DNA from: Acetobacteraceae bacterium
Lineage (GTDB): Bacteria > Pseudomonadota > Alphaproteobacteria > Acetobacterales > Acetobacteraceae
Length of the DNA: 38,014 nucleotides
NCBI GenBank assembly: GCA_043785025.1
Contig: JAYVXQ010000289.1
Location: 1 to 38,014, forward strand
Reading direction: 5' to 3'
In this document: in pieces, positions 27,735 to 36,953 of the stretch
Position numbering within the stretch: position 1 is the first letter of the stretch
Layout: each line of letters begins with the position of its first letter
Program-made: the position numbers and the translations under genes
Notes under the pieces: model-generated
Told to the model about the DNA's origin: nothing
What the model saw: only the letters and a program-made list of their open reading frames with translations
Database searches by the model: none

Positions 27735-30700
27735 CTATTCAACCGCCTCGATCGGCTCAAAACCATCGGTGGCCGAGGCGGCCAGCGCCAACCGGGCCAG
27801 CGCTGGAAGCGACTTCGCGCCCGTCGACTTCATGATCGAGGCGCGGTGATTCTCAACCGTGCGCTGGCTGATGTGCAAATCGGCGGCGATGTTCTTGCTC
27901 GGGTGTCCCGCGAGAACCAGGTTCATGATCTGGCGTTGCCGCGGCGTCAGCGCGTTGATGTGATCGGTGGCGCCCATCCGCCACGCCAACAGCTTGGACG
28001 AGTCGTGCGATCGTTCCTGCGCGCGGTCGATGCTGGCGAGCAGATCCGCCGCCGCGATGGGCTTTTCGATGAAATCCGCGGCGCCGGCTTTCATCGCCTC
28101 GACCGCCATGGGCACGTCGCTGTTCCCGGTGATCACGATGGCGGGCAAAAGGTCGCCTGAGGCCCGCAAGTGGCGCAGCAGCTCCAACCCGCCCATCCCG
28201 GGCAGATAGGCGTCGATCAGCAAACACCCATCGGACCCGGGCGTGTAGCCCGACAGGAACGCCTCGCCGCTAGGGAAATCAAGGACGACGCGGCCACCAT
28301 CCTCCAGCACGCCGCGCACGGCCTCACGGATGTTGCGATCGTCGTCGACAACGAACACCACGGGCCCGTCGTGGTGACGCGCCTGATCCGGTATCGGACC
28401 AGATGCCCCGTTCGTCCCCCGGATCGCGCCGAGCAGCTCCCCCGGCTTCACCGGTTTATTGAGTTGCACGTAGCGCCGCGCGCCGATGGCGCTGAACGTC
28501 TGGGTTGAGATGTCACCGGTCAAAACGATCACCGGCAATTCCTTGCCCAACCGCGCGCGAAGTGCCGCCGCGACCGCCAGCCCATCCATGCCGTTGGGAA
28601 GATTATAGTCCGTCAGCAGAAGGTCGGGGTGGGTGGTGCCGCGTTCGACCAGCTCGATCGCCGCCGGACCATCGGCCACGACGATCGCCCGATGCCCCTC
28701 GTCGCGCAGGATCAGCGCCAGCAAAGCCCGCGTCGTCGGATCATCCTCCACGACCAGCACCGTGCGGCTGTGGTAGCGATCCCGGCTGGCGACAGCGGCG
28801 GGATGACCCTCAACCGCGGCGAGCGGGCCCGAGGATCGCGGCGGCACGGTGGCGTCGTGCCGCGTCAGAGGCAACTCGACACTGAACACCGATCCCTGTC
28901 CTGGCCGTGACTTAACGCTGACGCGGTGGCCCAGAAGCGTCGCGAGGCGCCGGACGATGGACAGGCCCAAGCCCAGACCGCGGTTTTGTTCGCGGGCCGG
29001 GTTGTCGAGTTGGTGATACTCTTCGAAAATATCCTTTAATTTGTCTTCTTGTATGCCGATACCGGTATCCCAGATCTCGATCCGGATCGTTTCGCCGTGG
29101 CGCCGGCATCCCACCAGAACCTTGCCGTTCTGGGTATATTTGATGGCGTTCGACATCAGATTGCGTAACATTTGTTCCAGCAGGCGTGGATCGCTGCGGA
29201 CCATCGATCCACAGGGCACGATCCGAAGATCCAACCCCCGCGCCTGCGCGTGATAGGTGAAGGCGTTTTTCAGGTCGCGCAGCAGGCCATCGATCTTGAA
29301 GTCCGCGGTTTCGGAGCGCACCACCCCGGCCTCGATCTGGTTGATGTCCAGCAGAGTATTCAGCATGCCGGACATGGCGCTGACCGTGTCGTCGATCTGG
29401 GACACCAGGTTCTTTGAAACCGTTCCCTCGACCCGGTTCGCGAGCAATCCGTGCAACAGCGCCAGTGTTTGCAGCGGCTGGCGCAGATCGTGGCTGGCGG
29501 CGGCCAGGAAGCGCGACTTGGCGGCGTTGGCCAGATCGGCGTCCCGCCTGGCGGCATCCAGCGCCTCGGACGCGTGTTTGTGCGCGGTGATGTCGGTGAA
29601 GGTGATGACAACGCCTTCCACCGCGCCGTCACGCGTCCGATAGGGCAGGATGCGGCGGCACCACACCCCCGCCGGTGTTTCAACCTCATGTTCGACCGGC
29701 GCCAGGGTTTCAAGCACCGTCCGCGCGTCGCTCGCCAGTCTTCCGTCGCCGGCCAGCGAATGCAGATCCGTCAGCGGCCGGTCGACATCGGATTTGATCA
29801 GCTTGAACAACGCTTTAATGGCCGGCGTGAAGAAGCGGATCTTCAGCTCGGTATCCAGAAACAATGTCGCGACGTCGGTGCTGTACAGCACGTTCTGCAG
29901 ATCGTTGGACGTGGTGCGCTGCTGTTCCAGCGTCTCCTGCAACTGGCTGTTCAGCGCCGTCAGTTCCTCGTTGAGGGATTGCAGTTCTTCTTTCGAGGTC
30001 AGTAATTCCTCGTTCGTCGACTGAAATTCCTCGTTCACCGATAAGGTGTTTTCGGCGATCGCTTTCTGCTCGTCGCCGGAAATTTCCAGGCTGCGGACCG
30101 CGCCGCGCAGTTCTTCGCGCGTGGTTTTCAGTTCGCGTTCAAGCTCCGCCACCGTTGGGCCATCGGGTAAAGCGAGGATATCGACCTCTGGGCGCGCGGG
30201 CTGATCGATGAAATGGATCATCAGCAACGCCTCGCCGTCGTTCTGGATCGGATACACCTCGATATCGAATCTTTGTTTTTGTTCCCGGAACATCGTGCTA
30301 CCGCCGGTGACAACGATGGGCGTGTTGTCCTGGATGGCGCGCAGGATCGCGGCGCGCAGCCGGGTGCGCATATCGTCGCCGACCATGGCCAGAACGTCGG
30401 ACGTGATATGTCCGGGCGCCACGCGCAAATACCGTTCGGTCGGACCGAGCGAATACAGATATTGGTGATCGCGTGTCACCAAAACCGTCGCGGGCGCGTG
30501 GGTTTCCAGCGTCCATCGTTTGCAAAGCTCCGCGAGGACGGCGTGGCGTGACGGTTGAATGATCTCACCCGGGGGCGGCGCCGTCAAACGCACGGTCTCT
30601 CCCGCGTTTTTGGCGAAATCGACGTCGCCGGGCCGGCTGCGGCCGATATGGCGAAACAGTTTCGCGGGCTTGGAAATCACCTCGAACCGCCCGGTCGCGT

Positions 30701-32147
30701 CGCCGACGCTTTCCGATCCGCCCAACAACAGGATGCCATTGGGGCGCAGCGCGAAATGAAACAGCGCGACGACTTTCCTTTGCGCCTCCGAGCCCAGGTA
30801 AATCATGACATTGCGGCAGGAAATCAGATTGAGGCGGGAGAACGGCGGGTCGGTCAGCAGGTCCTGGACGGTGAAGACGATCATCGCCCGCAACTCAGGC
30901 AGAACACGATAGGACTGATCCTCTTTGATGAAGAAGGCGTCCAGGCGGGCTTGCGTCACGTCAGCTTCGATCGTCAGGGGATAGATCCCGTCGCGCGCGA
31001 AGGCGACCGCGTCCGGATCCACGTCGGAGGCAAACAGTTGCAGCCTGGCGTTGTTGTTGGCGGCCGCGATTTGCTCGTGGAAAAGGATCGCGAGGGAATA
31101 GGCCTCTTCACCGGTGCTGCATCCGGGTACCCACACCCGCATGGTCTGGTCGGAAGGGTTGGCGCGCAGAAGATCGGGGATGGTGACGTGGGCCAGTTGC
31201 TCGAACACCGCGGGGTCGCGGAAGAAACTGGTCACATGGATCAGCAGATCCTTGGCGAGACGCTGGCTTTCGGCCGGGTCCTCGTTCAGCAAGGTCATGT
31301 ACCGATCCATGTCCTGGGTGCCGATCGCGGCCATCGTCATGCGGCGTTCGACCCGCCGTTGCAGCGTGCCGGGCTTATACAGCGTGAAGTCGTGGTTGGT
31401 CTGGGTACGCAACAGATCGAGGATGTCAGGCATCCGATCCCGCGACGCCTCGGGGCGCGGTGCGATGGGGCTGGTGCGCGCCGGCGGCGCCGCGGCGCGC
31501 GGCCGTTCGCGGATCAGCATCGCGGGCATCTCGGCGACCGGCAGAACCGCGTCCACCTCACCCGTCGCGATGGCGCCGCGCGGCATCCCATCATATCCGG
31601 CTTCTTTCGGATCCTGAGCGATCACCAGACCGCCCGCTTTCTTGACCGCGAGAAGGCCGACGCTGCCGTCGGCGCCGGTTCCGGACAGGACAATGCAACT
31701 GCCGCGCACGGCCGGATCCCGCGCCATGGACAGCAACAGCATGTCGAAGGGAAGACGGGCGCCGCGATGGGCCGGGGCTGGCGCGAGGGTCAGGACGCCA
31801 CTGGTCAGCGTCAGGAAGCGCGCGGGTGGAATGATATACAGATGTTCGGGCTCGATCGGCATGCCGTCGGCGGCTTGCACCACGGTCAGCTTCGTGTGCG
31901 GGCTCAGCAGCCCGACCATCAGACTTTCATGCGTCGGGTCAAGATGCTGAATGAGAATGAACGCCATCCCGGTGCCCGCCGGCAGCGCATCCAACAAGGC
32001 GGTACATGCCTCCAACCCCCCGGCGGACGCGCCGATGGCGACGACCTCGATACCGGCGCCGGGCAGAGACCGCGCGGCTTGCGCGATTGGCGCCGCCGCT
32101 GCCTTCTGCTTCGGTCGTCTGGGGTTGGGCGAGGAATCCTTCGGCAT
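27735..32147 (-). CDS. CheB-CheR-PAS-histidine kinase-REC-REC-LuxR hybrid signalling protein
   Basis: CheB triad 'GASAGG', 'QHL', 'GTGADG'; CheR 'VTSFFRD', 'VWVPGCSTGEEAYS', 'ISCRNVMIY'; EE-rich coiled coil; PAS; H-box 'ASHDLRQPL'; N/G boxes 'SNAIKYT', 'DTGIGI', 'GLGLGL'; two receivers; HTH 'LTPRQRQI...SKNIAADLHISQRTVENHR'. Start about 32147 (ORF open to 32309). Confidence 0.92.
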   Translation of the reverse strand: MPKDSSPNPRRPKQKAAAAPIAQAARSLPGAGIEVVAIGASAGGLEACTALLDALPAGTGMAFILIQHLDPTHESLMVGLLSPHTKLTVVQAADGMPIEPEHLYIIPPARFLTLTSGVLTLAPAPAHRGARLPFDMLLLSMARDPAVRGSCIVLSGTGADGSVGLLAVKKAGGLVIAQDPKEAGYDGMPRGAIATGEVDAVLPVAEMPAMLIRERPRAAAPPARTSPIAPRPEASRDRMPDILDLLRTQTNHDFTLYKPGTLQRRVERRMTMAAIGTQDMDRYMTLLNEDPAESQRLAKDLLIHVTSFFRDPAVFEQLAHVTIPDLLRANPSDQTMRVWVPGCSTGEEAYSLAILFHEQIAAANNNARLQLFASDVDPDAVAFARDGIYPLTIEADVTQARLDAFFIKEDQSYRVLPELRAMIVFTVQDLLTDPPFSRLNLISCRNVMIYLGSEAQRKVVALFHFALRPNGILLLGGSESVGDATGRFEVISKPAKLFRHIGRSRPGDVDFAKNAGETVRLTAPPPGEIIQPSRHAVLAELCKRWTLETHAPATVLVTRDHQYLYSLGPTERYLRVAPGHITSDVLAMVGDDMRTRLRAAILRAIQDNTPIVVTGGSTMFREQKQRFDIEVYPIQNDGEALLMIHFIDQPARPEVDILALPDGPTVAELERELKTTREELRGAVRSLEISGDEQKAIAENTLSVNEEFQSTNEELLTSKEELQSLNEELTALNSQLQETLEQQRTTSNDLQNVLYSTDVATLFLDTELKIRFFTPAIKALFKLIKSDVDRPLTDLHSLAGDGRLASDARTVLETLAPVEHEVETPAGVWCRRILPYRTRDGAVEGVVITFTDITAHKHASEALDAARRDADLANAAKSRFLAAASHDLRQPLQTLALLHGLLANRVEGTVSKNLVSQIDDTVSAMSGMLNTLLDINQIEAGVVRSETADFKIDGLLRDLKNAFTYHAQARGLDLRIVPCGSMVRSDPRLLEQMLRNLMSNAIKYTQNGKVLVGCRRHGETIRIEIWDTGIGIQEDKLKDIFEEYHQLDNPAREQNRGLGLGLSIVRRLATLLGHRVSVKSRPGQGSVFSVELPLTRHDATVPPRSSGPLAAVEGHPAAVASRDRYHSRTVLVVEDDPTTRALLALILRDEGHRAIVVADGPAAIELVERGTTHPDLLLTDYNLPNGMDGLAVAAALRARLGKELPVIVLTGDISTQTFSAIGARRYVQLNKPVKPGELLGAIRGTNGASGPIPDQARHHDGPVVFVVDDDRNIREAVRGVLEDGGRVVLDFPSGEAFLSGYTPGSDGCLLIDAYLPGMGGLELLRHLRASGDLLPAIVITGNSDVPMAVEAMKAGAADFIEKPIAAADLLASIDRAQERSHDSSKLLAWRMGATDHINALTPRQRQIMNLVLAGHPSKNIAADLHISQRTVENHRASIMKSTGAKSLPALARLALAASATDGFEPIEAVE

Positions 32148-32376
32148 CAAACATATCCTGGGCAGGAGGGGGCGAATTCGCCTCGTTGCTCGATCCTTTA
32201 GCATGCTTACGTCCGCCGCGGGAGCGACCGCTTGCTGTCGTGTGGGTATCGGACCACAGGGCGGCCGGATGCGATGGTGTCTGAGTAGATTCCGAAGCTG
32301 GTCAAACAACTTCCAAACGATCAGATTCTAAGCGGCGAAGTCCTTAACGGTCCGTCAGGCATGGGGAGATAGGCCA

Positions 32377-32733
32377 ATGCTTCAAAAATTCAGCGATCCA
32401 ACGATGCGAAAACCCTCGGTCCCGTTCAGGTCATCCGCCACCATGACGCCATCATATAATTACAGCCCACGCTTCACTGATCAAAACGGTGCGGTCAGAC
32501 GGCGGAGCGAGGACATATTGGGCGCGTGGCGTCATCCGCGCGACGGCCTGCTTGGCGCGATCGAGGCGATTATTCAAATCGTCGAGGGAACGTCCCCGCC
32601 TGGTGCGACGCTCTCGGGCAATGGAACAGTCGATGATGGGCTGGCCGCGCTTGAACGGTTGCGAAAAAATGTGGAGGCTGAGGACAGTCTCCGCCGGTAC
32701 TTCCCCACGGCATCGCGCGGTGAGGCCGCCTGA
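32377..32733 (+). CDS. Hypothetical protein
   Basis: GGAG upstream of ATG; divergent from the hybrid kinase and co-directional with the next gene; no recognisable motif. Confidence 0.4.
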   Translation: MLQKFSDPTMRKPSVPFRSSATMTPSYNYSPRFTDQNGAVRRRSEDILGAWRHPRDGLLGAIEAIIQIVEGTSPPGATLSGNGTVDDGLAALERLRKNVEAEDSLRRYFPTASRGEAA

Positions 32734-32748
32734 GGCGCACTCGACCAG

Positions 32749-33147
32749 GTGTCGGACCATGATGCCTTCGCTCTGGGCCAATCTGACCTGAACAGATTTC
32801 TGTTCGCCGTGATTTGCGTCGAGGGAAACGGCATGCCGTTGAGCGTGATCTCGGCCTTGGCGCGGCAAGGCCTCGATCCCTGGCAGGAGGCTGGGCGCTT
32901 GTCCCGGCTGTCGAAATCCGCCGCAACGGATGGATTGGTGCGAATCATCACCGCGATGTCGACCGATAAATGGATCATCGCCGATGCCATGGCGATCGCG
33001 ATCAGGCTGGTCGCTTTGTTGCCCGGTCAGGCGGTCATCCCCGGCATCGCCGCGATCCCGGTGGCGTTCGACTGGCGATGGATGGTCGTCGCGGCCATCG
33101 CGATCGTTCCGGTGGCCGCTTCGATCATTTATCTCGCCATCCGGTAG
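32749..33147 (+). CDS. Conserved-type hypothetical membrane protein
   Basis: 'FLFAVI..EGNGMPLSVISALARQGLDPWQEAGRL' resembles a recurrent alphaproteobacterial hypothetical; C-terminal TM. Confidence 0.65.
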   Translation: MSDHDAFALGQSDLNRFLFAVICVEGNGMPLSVISALARQGLDPWQEAGRLSRLSKSAATDGLVRIITAMSTDKWIIADAMAIAIRLVALLPGQAVIPGIAAIPVAFDWRWMVVAAIAIVPVAASIIYLAIR

Positions 33148-33153
33148 CGCCGC

Positions 33154-34191
33154 TCACGCCTCGATCAGAACCTTCAGCGCCTGGGTTTTGGCGGCGCGGC
33201 CGAACGTGTCATAGGCATCGAGGATCTGATCCAACCGGAAGCGATGGGTGATCAGCAACGTTGGATCGATCCGTTTGGCCTTGACGCTTTTCAACAGCAT
33301 CGGCGTGCTGACGGTATCGACCAGCCTGGTCGTGATGGTGATGTTACGATCCCACAGCGTTTCCATGTGCAGATCGACCTTGACCCCGTGCACCCCGACA
33401 TTGGCGATCACGCCGCCGGGGGCGATGATCTTCTCGCAAAATTCAAACGTCGCGGGGATGCCGACCGCCTCGATCGCGGTATCGACCCCAACGCCGTCGG
33501 TCAGCCGCATGATCTTCTCTATTGCGTCGTCCTGGCCGCTGTTGACGGTGGCCGTGGCGCCGAGGCGGCGGGCCACTTCCAGCCGGTTATCGTCCAGGTC
33601 GACCATGATGGTCTCGGCCGGCGCGTAAAATTGGGCGGTCAGCAGCGCCGCGAGGCCAATGGGGCCAGAGCCGACGATGGCGACGGTGCCGCCGGGCCGC
33701 ACGCGGCCGTTGAGCACGCCGCATTCAAAGCCCGTGGGCAGGATGTCGCTGAGCATCACCAGCGGTTCCTCATCGGCGAGGTCGGGAATTGGATAAAGAC
33801 TGGTGTCGGCATGGGGAATGCGGACAAATTCGGCCTGGGTTCCGTCGATCGTGTTGCCGAGGATCCAGCCGCCGGTGGCGCAGTGCGAATACATTTGCCG
33901 CCGGCACAAAGCGCATTTGCCGCAGGATGTGATGCAGGAAATCAGCACGCGGTCACCCGATTTGAACGCCGTGACCCCAGGCCCGATGCTGTCGACGACT
34001 CCCACGCCTTCATGGCCGAGGATCCGGCCAGGAACGCAGGTTGGCACGTCGCCTTTGAGAATGTGGAGGTCGGTGCCGCAAATCGTGGTCCGGGTCATCC
34101 GCACGATGGCGTCCGTCGGTGCCGCGATCACCGGTTTCGGGCGATCTTGCAGCGCTTTTTCGCCTGGACCGAGATAAACGAGAGCTTTCAT
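33154..34191 (-). CDS. Zinc-dependent alcohol dehydrogenase (MDR, formaldehyde-dehydrogenase-like)
   Basis: 'ICGTDLH', 'GHEGVG', structural Zn CGKCALC...C, 'SDILPTG', 'GSGPIGL'. Confidence 0.93.
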   Translation of the reverse strand: MKALVYLGPGEKALQDRPKPVIAAPTDAIVRMTRTTICGTDLHILKGDVPTCVPGRILGHEGVGVVDSIGPGVTAFKSGDRVLISCITSCGKCALCRRQMYSHCATGGWILGNTIDGTQAEFVRIPHADTSLYPIPDLADEEPLVMLSDILPTGFECGVLNGRVRPGGTVAIVGSGPIGLAALLTAQFYAPAETIMVDLDDNRLEVARRLGATATVNSGQDDAIEKIMRLTDGVGVDTAIEAVGIPATFEFCEKIIAPGGVIANVGVHGVKVDLHMETLWDRNITITTRLVDTVSTPMLLKSVKAKRIDPTLLITHRFRLDQILDAYDTFGRAAKTQALKVLIEA

Positions 34192-34398
34192 GCGGCGCGC
34201 CTTTAGTTTCGCCGGACCAATTCGGTTGGGCGGTGCACCACATTAGGGTTGTCCGCCCGCCATTTATAACGTTCGGAAACTACTTAACGGCCACGCTTTA
34301 CGTGGTTTCCGGCGCTGACGGACCAGGCGCGCGATGCCGTGGCGCTCTCGCGGACCACCGCGGAACGCGGGTCACCGGGAGCACGCCATAATGATGGT

Positions 34399-34427
34399 AT
34401 ACCCGGATTTCGGAGAAATCCGGGTAT
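34399..34427 (+). repeat. REP-like hairpin copy 3 (ATACCCGGATTTC-GGA-GAAATCCGGGTAT)
   Basis: Perfect 13-bp stem; matches the two copies at 7209-7309. Confidence 0.78.
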
Positions 34428-34840
34428 CGTTTCCGAGCCATCCTTTGTGGGATCGTTGCTGACATCGTTCGAATGGTCGAGTGGGTCCTTCACTAAATAT
34501 CGACCAAGAGCGCTACCCTGTTTTATGGGGATTTCCGCGGGGAGGCGAATCATAATTCAAACGACGTTGATGGTTCATCTGGAACTGGAACATTCGAATG
34601 CGGTATTAATCGGCGATGAAAATTGGCTCTGACGCGAAGTTGATGCTTCGGCGGTCTGTCAGAAACCGATAAGCCATTGAATTTTTAAACGAAGTCACGG
34701 CTCTCATGGTCTCAAGGATCGAACTTCCCACCTCGCCGCGATAACTCGAGCAATTCCGAGTTTCGTCAACGCCTTATCGGCCAGGCACCGCTATTGTCTT
34801 CATCACTTCGCGTCAGAGCCAAAATTGCACCACGATACAA

Positions 34841-34997
34841 CTCCTGGCGGTCGTCCGGCGTTTCGCGCTCAACGTGGTCCGATCCGCGAAGGACAAAAGG
34901 CCCATCAAGCTCCGTGGGAAGCTCGCGGCACGGAAACCGGTTTATCTCGGACAACTGATTACATGTCAGGATCTCTGAACTTGGATTGATAGTCCTG
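34841..34997 (+). mobile_element. Relic 3' end of an ISAs1-family insertion sequence
   Basis: Frame LLAVVRRFALNVVRSAKDKRPIKLRGKLAARKPVYLGQL..* resembles the ISAs1 transposase C-terminus (recalled N.A..R.FA.NL.R...K.SIK.RRK.AGW...YL), followed by a candidate end AACTTGGATTGATAGTCCTG. Confidence 0.65.
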
Positions 34998-35133
34998 GGA
35001 ACAGAAATGCGCCCGTTGATCTCCCCGTCAGAACCAGCCAAACGCCATCGAGCCTGTTAGGAGGAAGATACGCGCTCCCGACGCCAGTGATCCGACTTGC
35101 TACTCCACGGGTCACGAGGAACGAGTGGGATTG

Positions 35134-35187
35134 GACATATTTTGATACAATTCCGACATCCCGGTGTCGCGCGGCAGGTTCAGTCAT
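35134..35187 (+). promoter_or_regulatory. Conserved upstream element, copy A (tandem GACA-type repeats)
   Basis: 42/54 ungapped identity with 36286-36339. Confidence 0.7.
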
Positions 35188-35216
35188 CTGAGTCGGCAGT
35201 AAGAGGAACGACTGCA

Positions 35217-35564
35217 ATGCGATATTGGATTTTCGGCGCGTCCATGGCAGCGGGCTTCTATGCGATGACGGCCATGGCAGGCCCGGTCAGCCTGGTCCCG
35301 CCCATCGCACGCTCCGCGATCACACTCGCGCAAGCTACGACGACACCAGCGCCGGTTGGCCAGGCGCAAATGCCAACACCCTCGCCAGGCCAGACGCAAA
35401 CACGAACGCCTCCACCAGCCCACACGCCTGGTCAGCCGATGGAGCACGGGCCGGGTATGGGACCGATGACAGGCGGTCAGGGAGGACACCCTGGGCCGAT
35501 GGGCGGGATGGCGCCGTGCGCGGCTGGCAAGACCATGTCTGGTACACCCCCAATCTGCAAATAA
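35217..35564 (+). CDS. Small secreted Pro/Gly/Met/His-rich protein
   Basis: GAGGA RBS; signal peptide AMA|G; C-terminal 'PMEHGPGMGPMTGGQGGHPGPMGGMAPC...C'. Confidence 0.7.
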   Translation: MRYWIFGASMAAGFYAMTAMAGPVSLVPPIARSAITLAQATTTPAPVGQAQMPTPSPGQTQTRTPPPAHTPGQPMEHGPGMGPMTGGQGGHPGPMGGMAPCAAGKTMSGTPPICK

Positions 35565-35834
35565 CGTTTCGATCGTGTCTGAGACCGCCGAGGTCGCGTT
35601 CCAGCCGTCACGAACTGGCGAGCCTGGTCCGCTAATGAACCTGATGCCTCACGTGCCCTGGCGAACGATGAACCGATCGCCAGGACCCAATATCGGAAGC
35701 GCGGTGTGGACCGGAACGAAAACATCGCAATTGTCTGCTGACGAACCGATCCTTGGCATTAACAAATTGTCCGCGGATTTCAGCATGCTCTCAACGTTCG
35801 GTGGCTACCCCATGCAAAAGAAAGGCAACCGACG

Positions 35835-36083
35835 ATGCCCGCCGTTCCAGCATTCCGTTCCGCCACGATCTTGTTATTCGCGACGGTATTCGCGTTGGCG
35901 GGTTGCGCTGGCAAGGACACGCGCCTGACCGATGACCAGCAAAGTTGCCGGAGCATGGGACATCAGGTCGGCTCGACGGCTTTTGATCTTTGCATGAAAG
36001 ACCTGAACGAGCGGCGATGCGCTGATGTCTCCCGAAAAGGCTCGACCAACCGCCAGGTCACGCTTGGCTGTACGAGGCTTTAG
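35835..36083 (+). CDS. Small Cys-rich lipoprotein
   Basis: Lipobox LAG|C; four further Cys. Confidence 0.7.
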   Translation: MPAVPAFRSATILLFATVFALAGCAGKDTRLTDDQQSCRSMGHQVGSTAFDLCMKDLNERRCADVSRKGSTNRQVTLGCTRL

Positions 36084-36285
36084 CGCGAGGCGATCGGAGC
36101 ATGCCGTTAAGCTGCCCCATCGGTTACCGACGGCCGTGGTTCAATTCGGTTCAGGCAGGTACAATTGCCAGATGCCGCCGCTGATCGGCATTACGGTTGG
36201 CCAGGCTCCTTCGGGCTGATGCCTCGAATTCCCCGTGGTTGTGCATTCTGGGCGGACGCCGGCTGCCAGGGTCGCCGCGGGAATT

Positions 36286-36339
36286 GACAAGGTTTGACAT
36301 AATTCCGACATCCTGACGTCGCGCCGCATCGTCAGTCAT
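36286..36339 (+). promoter_or_regulatory. Conserved upstream element, copy B
   Basis: GACA at offsets 0, 10 and 21; 42/54 identity with copy A; 30 nt upstream of the cupredoxin start. Confidence 0.7.
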
Positions 36340-36369
36340 TGATAGGCTCAGAACGCCAGGATCGAGAAT

Positions 36370-36915
36370 ATGGAGAGTCGTTTGAAATCGCTTATGGTCG
36401 CCGTCCGGCTGGCAATCGCGGCCGTCATCGTCGTTGCCGCCATCCCCCCGGAAGCCCGCGCTCATGACGGAGCCCATTCCAACCTGTTAGGCGCGCCCGC
36501 CGCGCGCGGTCAGGGCCGACCGATCATGATCCACATGAACGATTATGATTTTGGTGTGCACAAAATCACGGTGAAGGTTGGCGAGACGATCCGGTTCGTG
36601 ATCGTCAATAATGGAAAACTGTTGCACGAGTTCAACATGAATACGGCGGCGGAAAACGCCGCGCACCGGCCGATGATGGTGATGATGATGCGGCATGGCA
36701 TGATCACGGAAGAAAAGGTGGTCAACCTGAAAATGAAAATGCCCGACGGCACGACGATGACGCATGTTGAACCCAATGCGGTTCTGGTCGAACCAGGAAA
36801 AAGCGCCGAGATTTCATGGAAGTTCACCAGGCCTGGTGAACTTGAGATCGGCTGCAATATTCCCGACCATACCGAATTCGGGATGGTGGCCGCGCTGAGG
36901 GTCGTAAGGCGATAA
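36370..36915 (+). CDS. Periplasmic cupredoxin (CopI/COG4454-like)
   Basis: Signal ARA|HDGAH; 'GETIRFVIVN.G...HEF', Met-rich insert, type-1 Cu loop 'CNIPDHTEFGM'. Confidence 0.88.
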   Translation: MESRLKSLMVAVRLAIAAVIVVAAIPPEARAHDGAHSNLLGAPAARGQGRPIMIHMNDYDFGVHKITVKVGETIRFVIVNNGKLLHEFNMNTAAENAAHRPMMVMMMRHGMITEEKVVNLKMKMPDGTTMTHVEPNAVLVEPGKSAEISWKFTRPGELEIGCNIPDHTEFGMVAALRVVRR

Positions 36916-36953
36916 CTGTGTGAAAGTTCGTCGAAACCGCCATGGAGGTCCGA

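Noticed and set aside
23261-34206. Long antisense ORFs (e.g. 23261-24343, 24492-25610, 30555-32201, 33244-34206)
   Set aside because: Typical high-GC shadow frames opposite well-supported genes.
32150-34640. FNR/FixK box near the FixJ-like hybrid and ADH
   Set aside because: No TTGAT-N4-ATCAA match found by eye.
34707-34760. tRNA-like fragment on minus strand (GAGGTGGGAAGTTCGATCCTTG...CCA) as a possible att site
   Set aside because: Only 3 bp of T-stem pair and there is no acceptor or anticodon arm; too weak to call.
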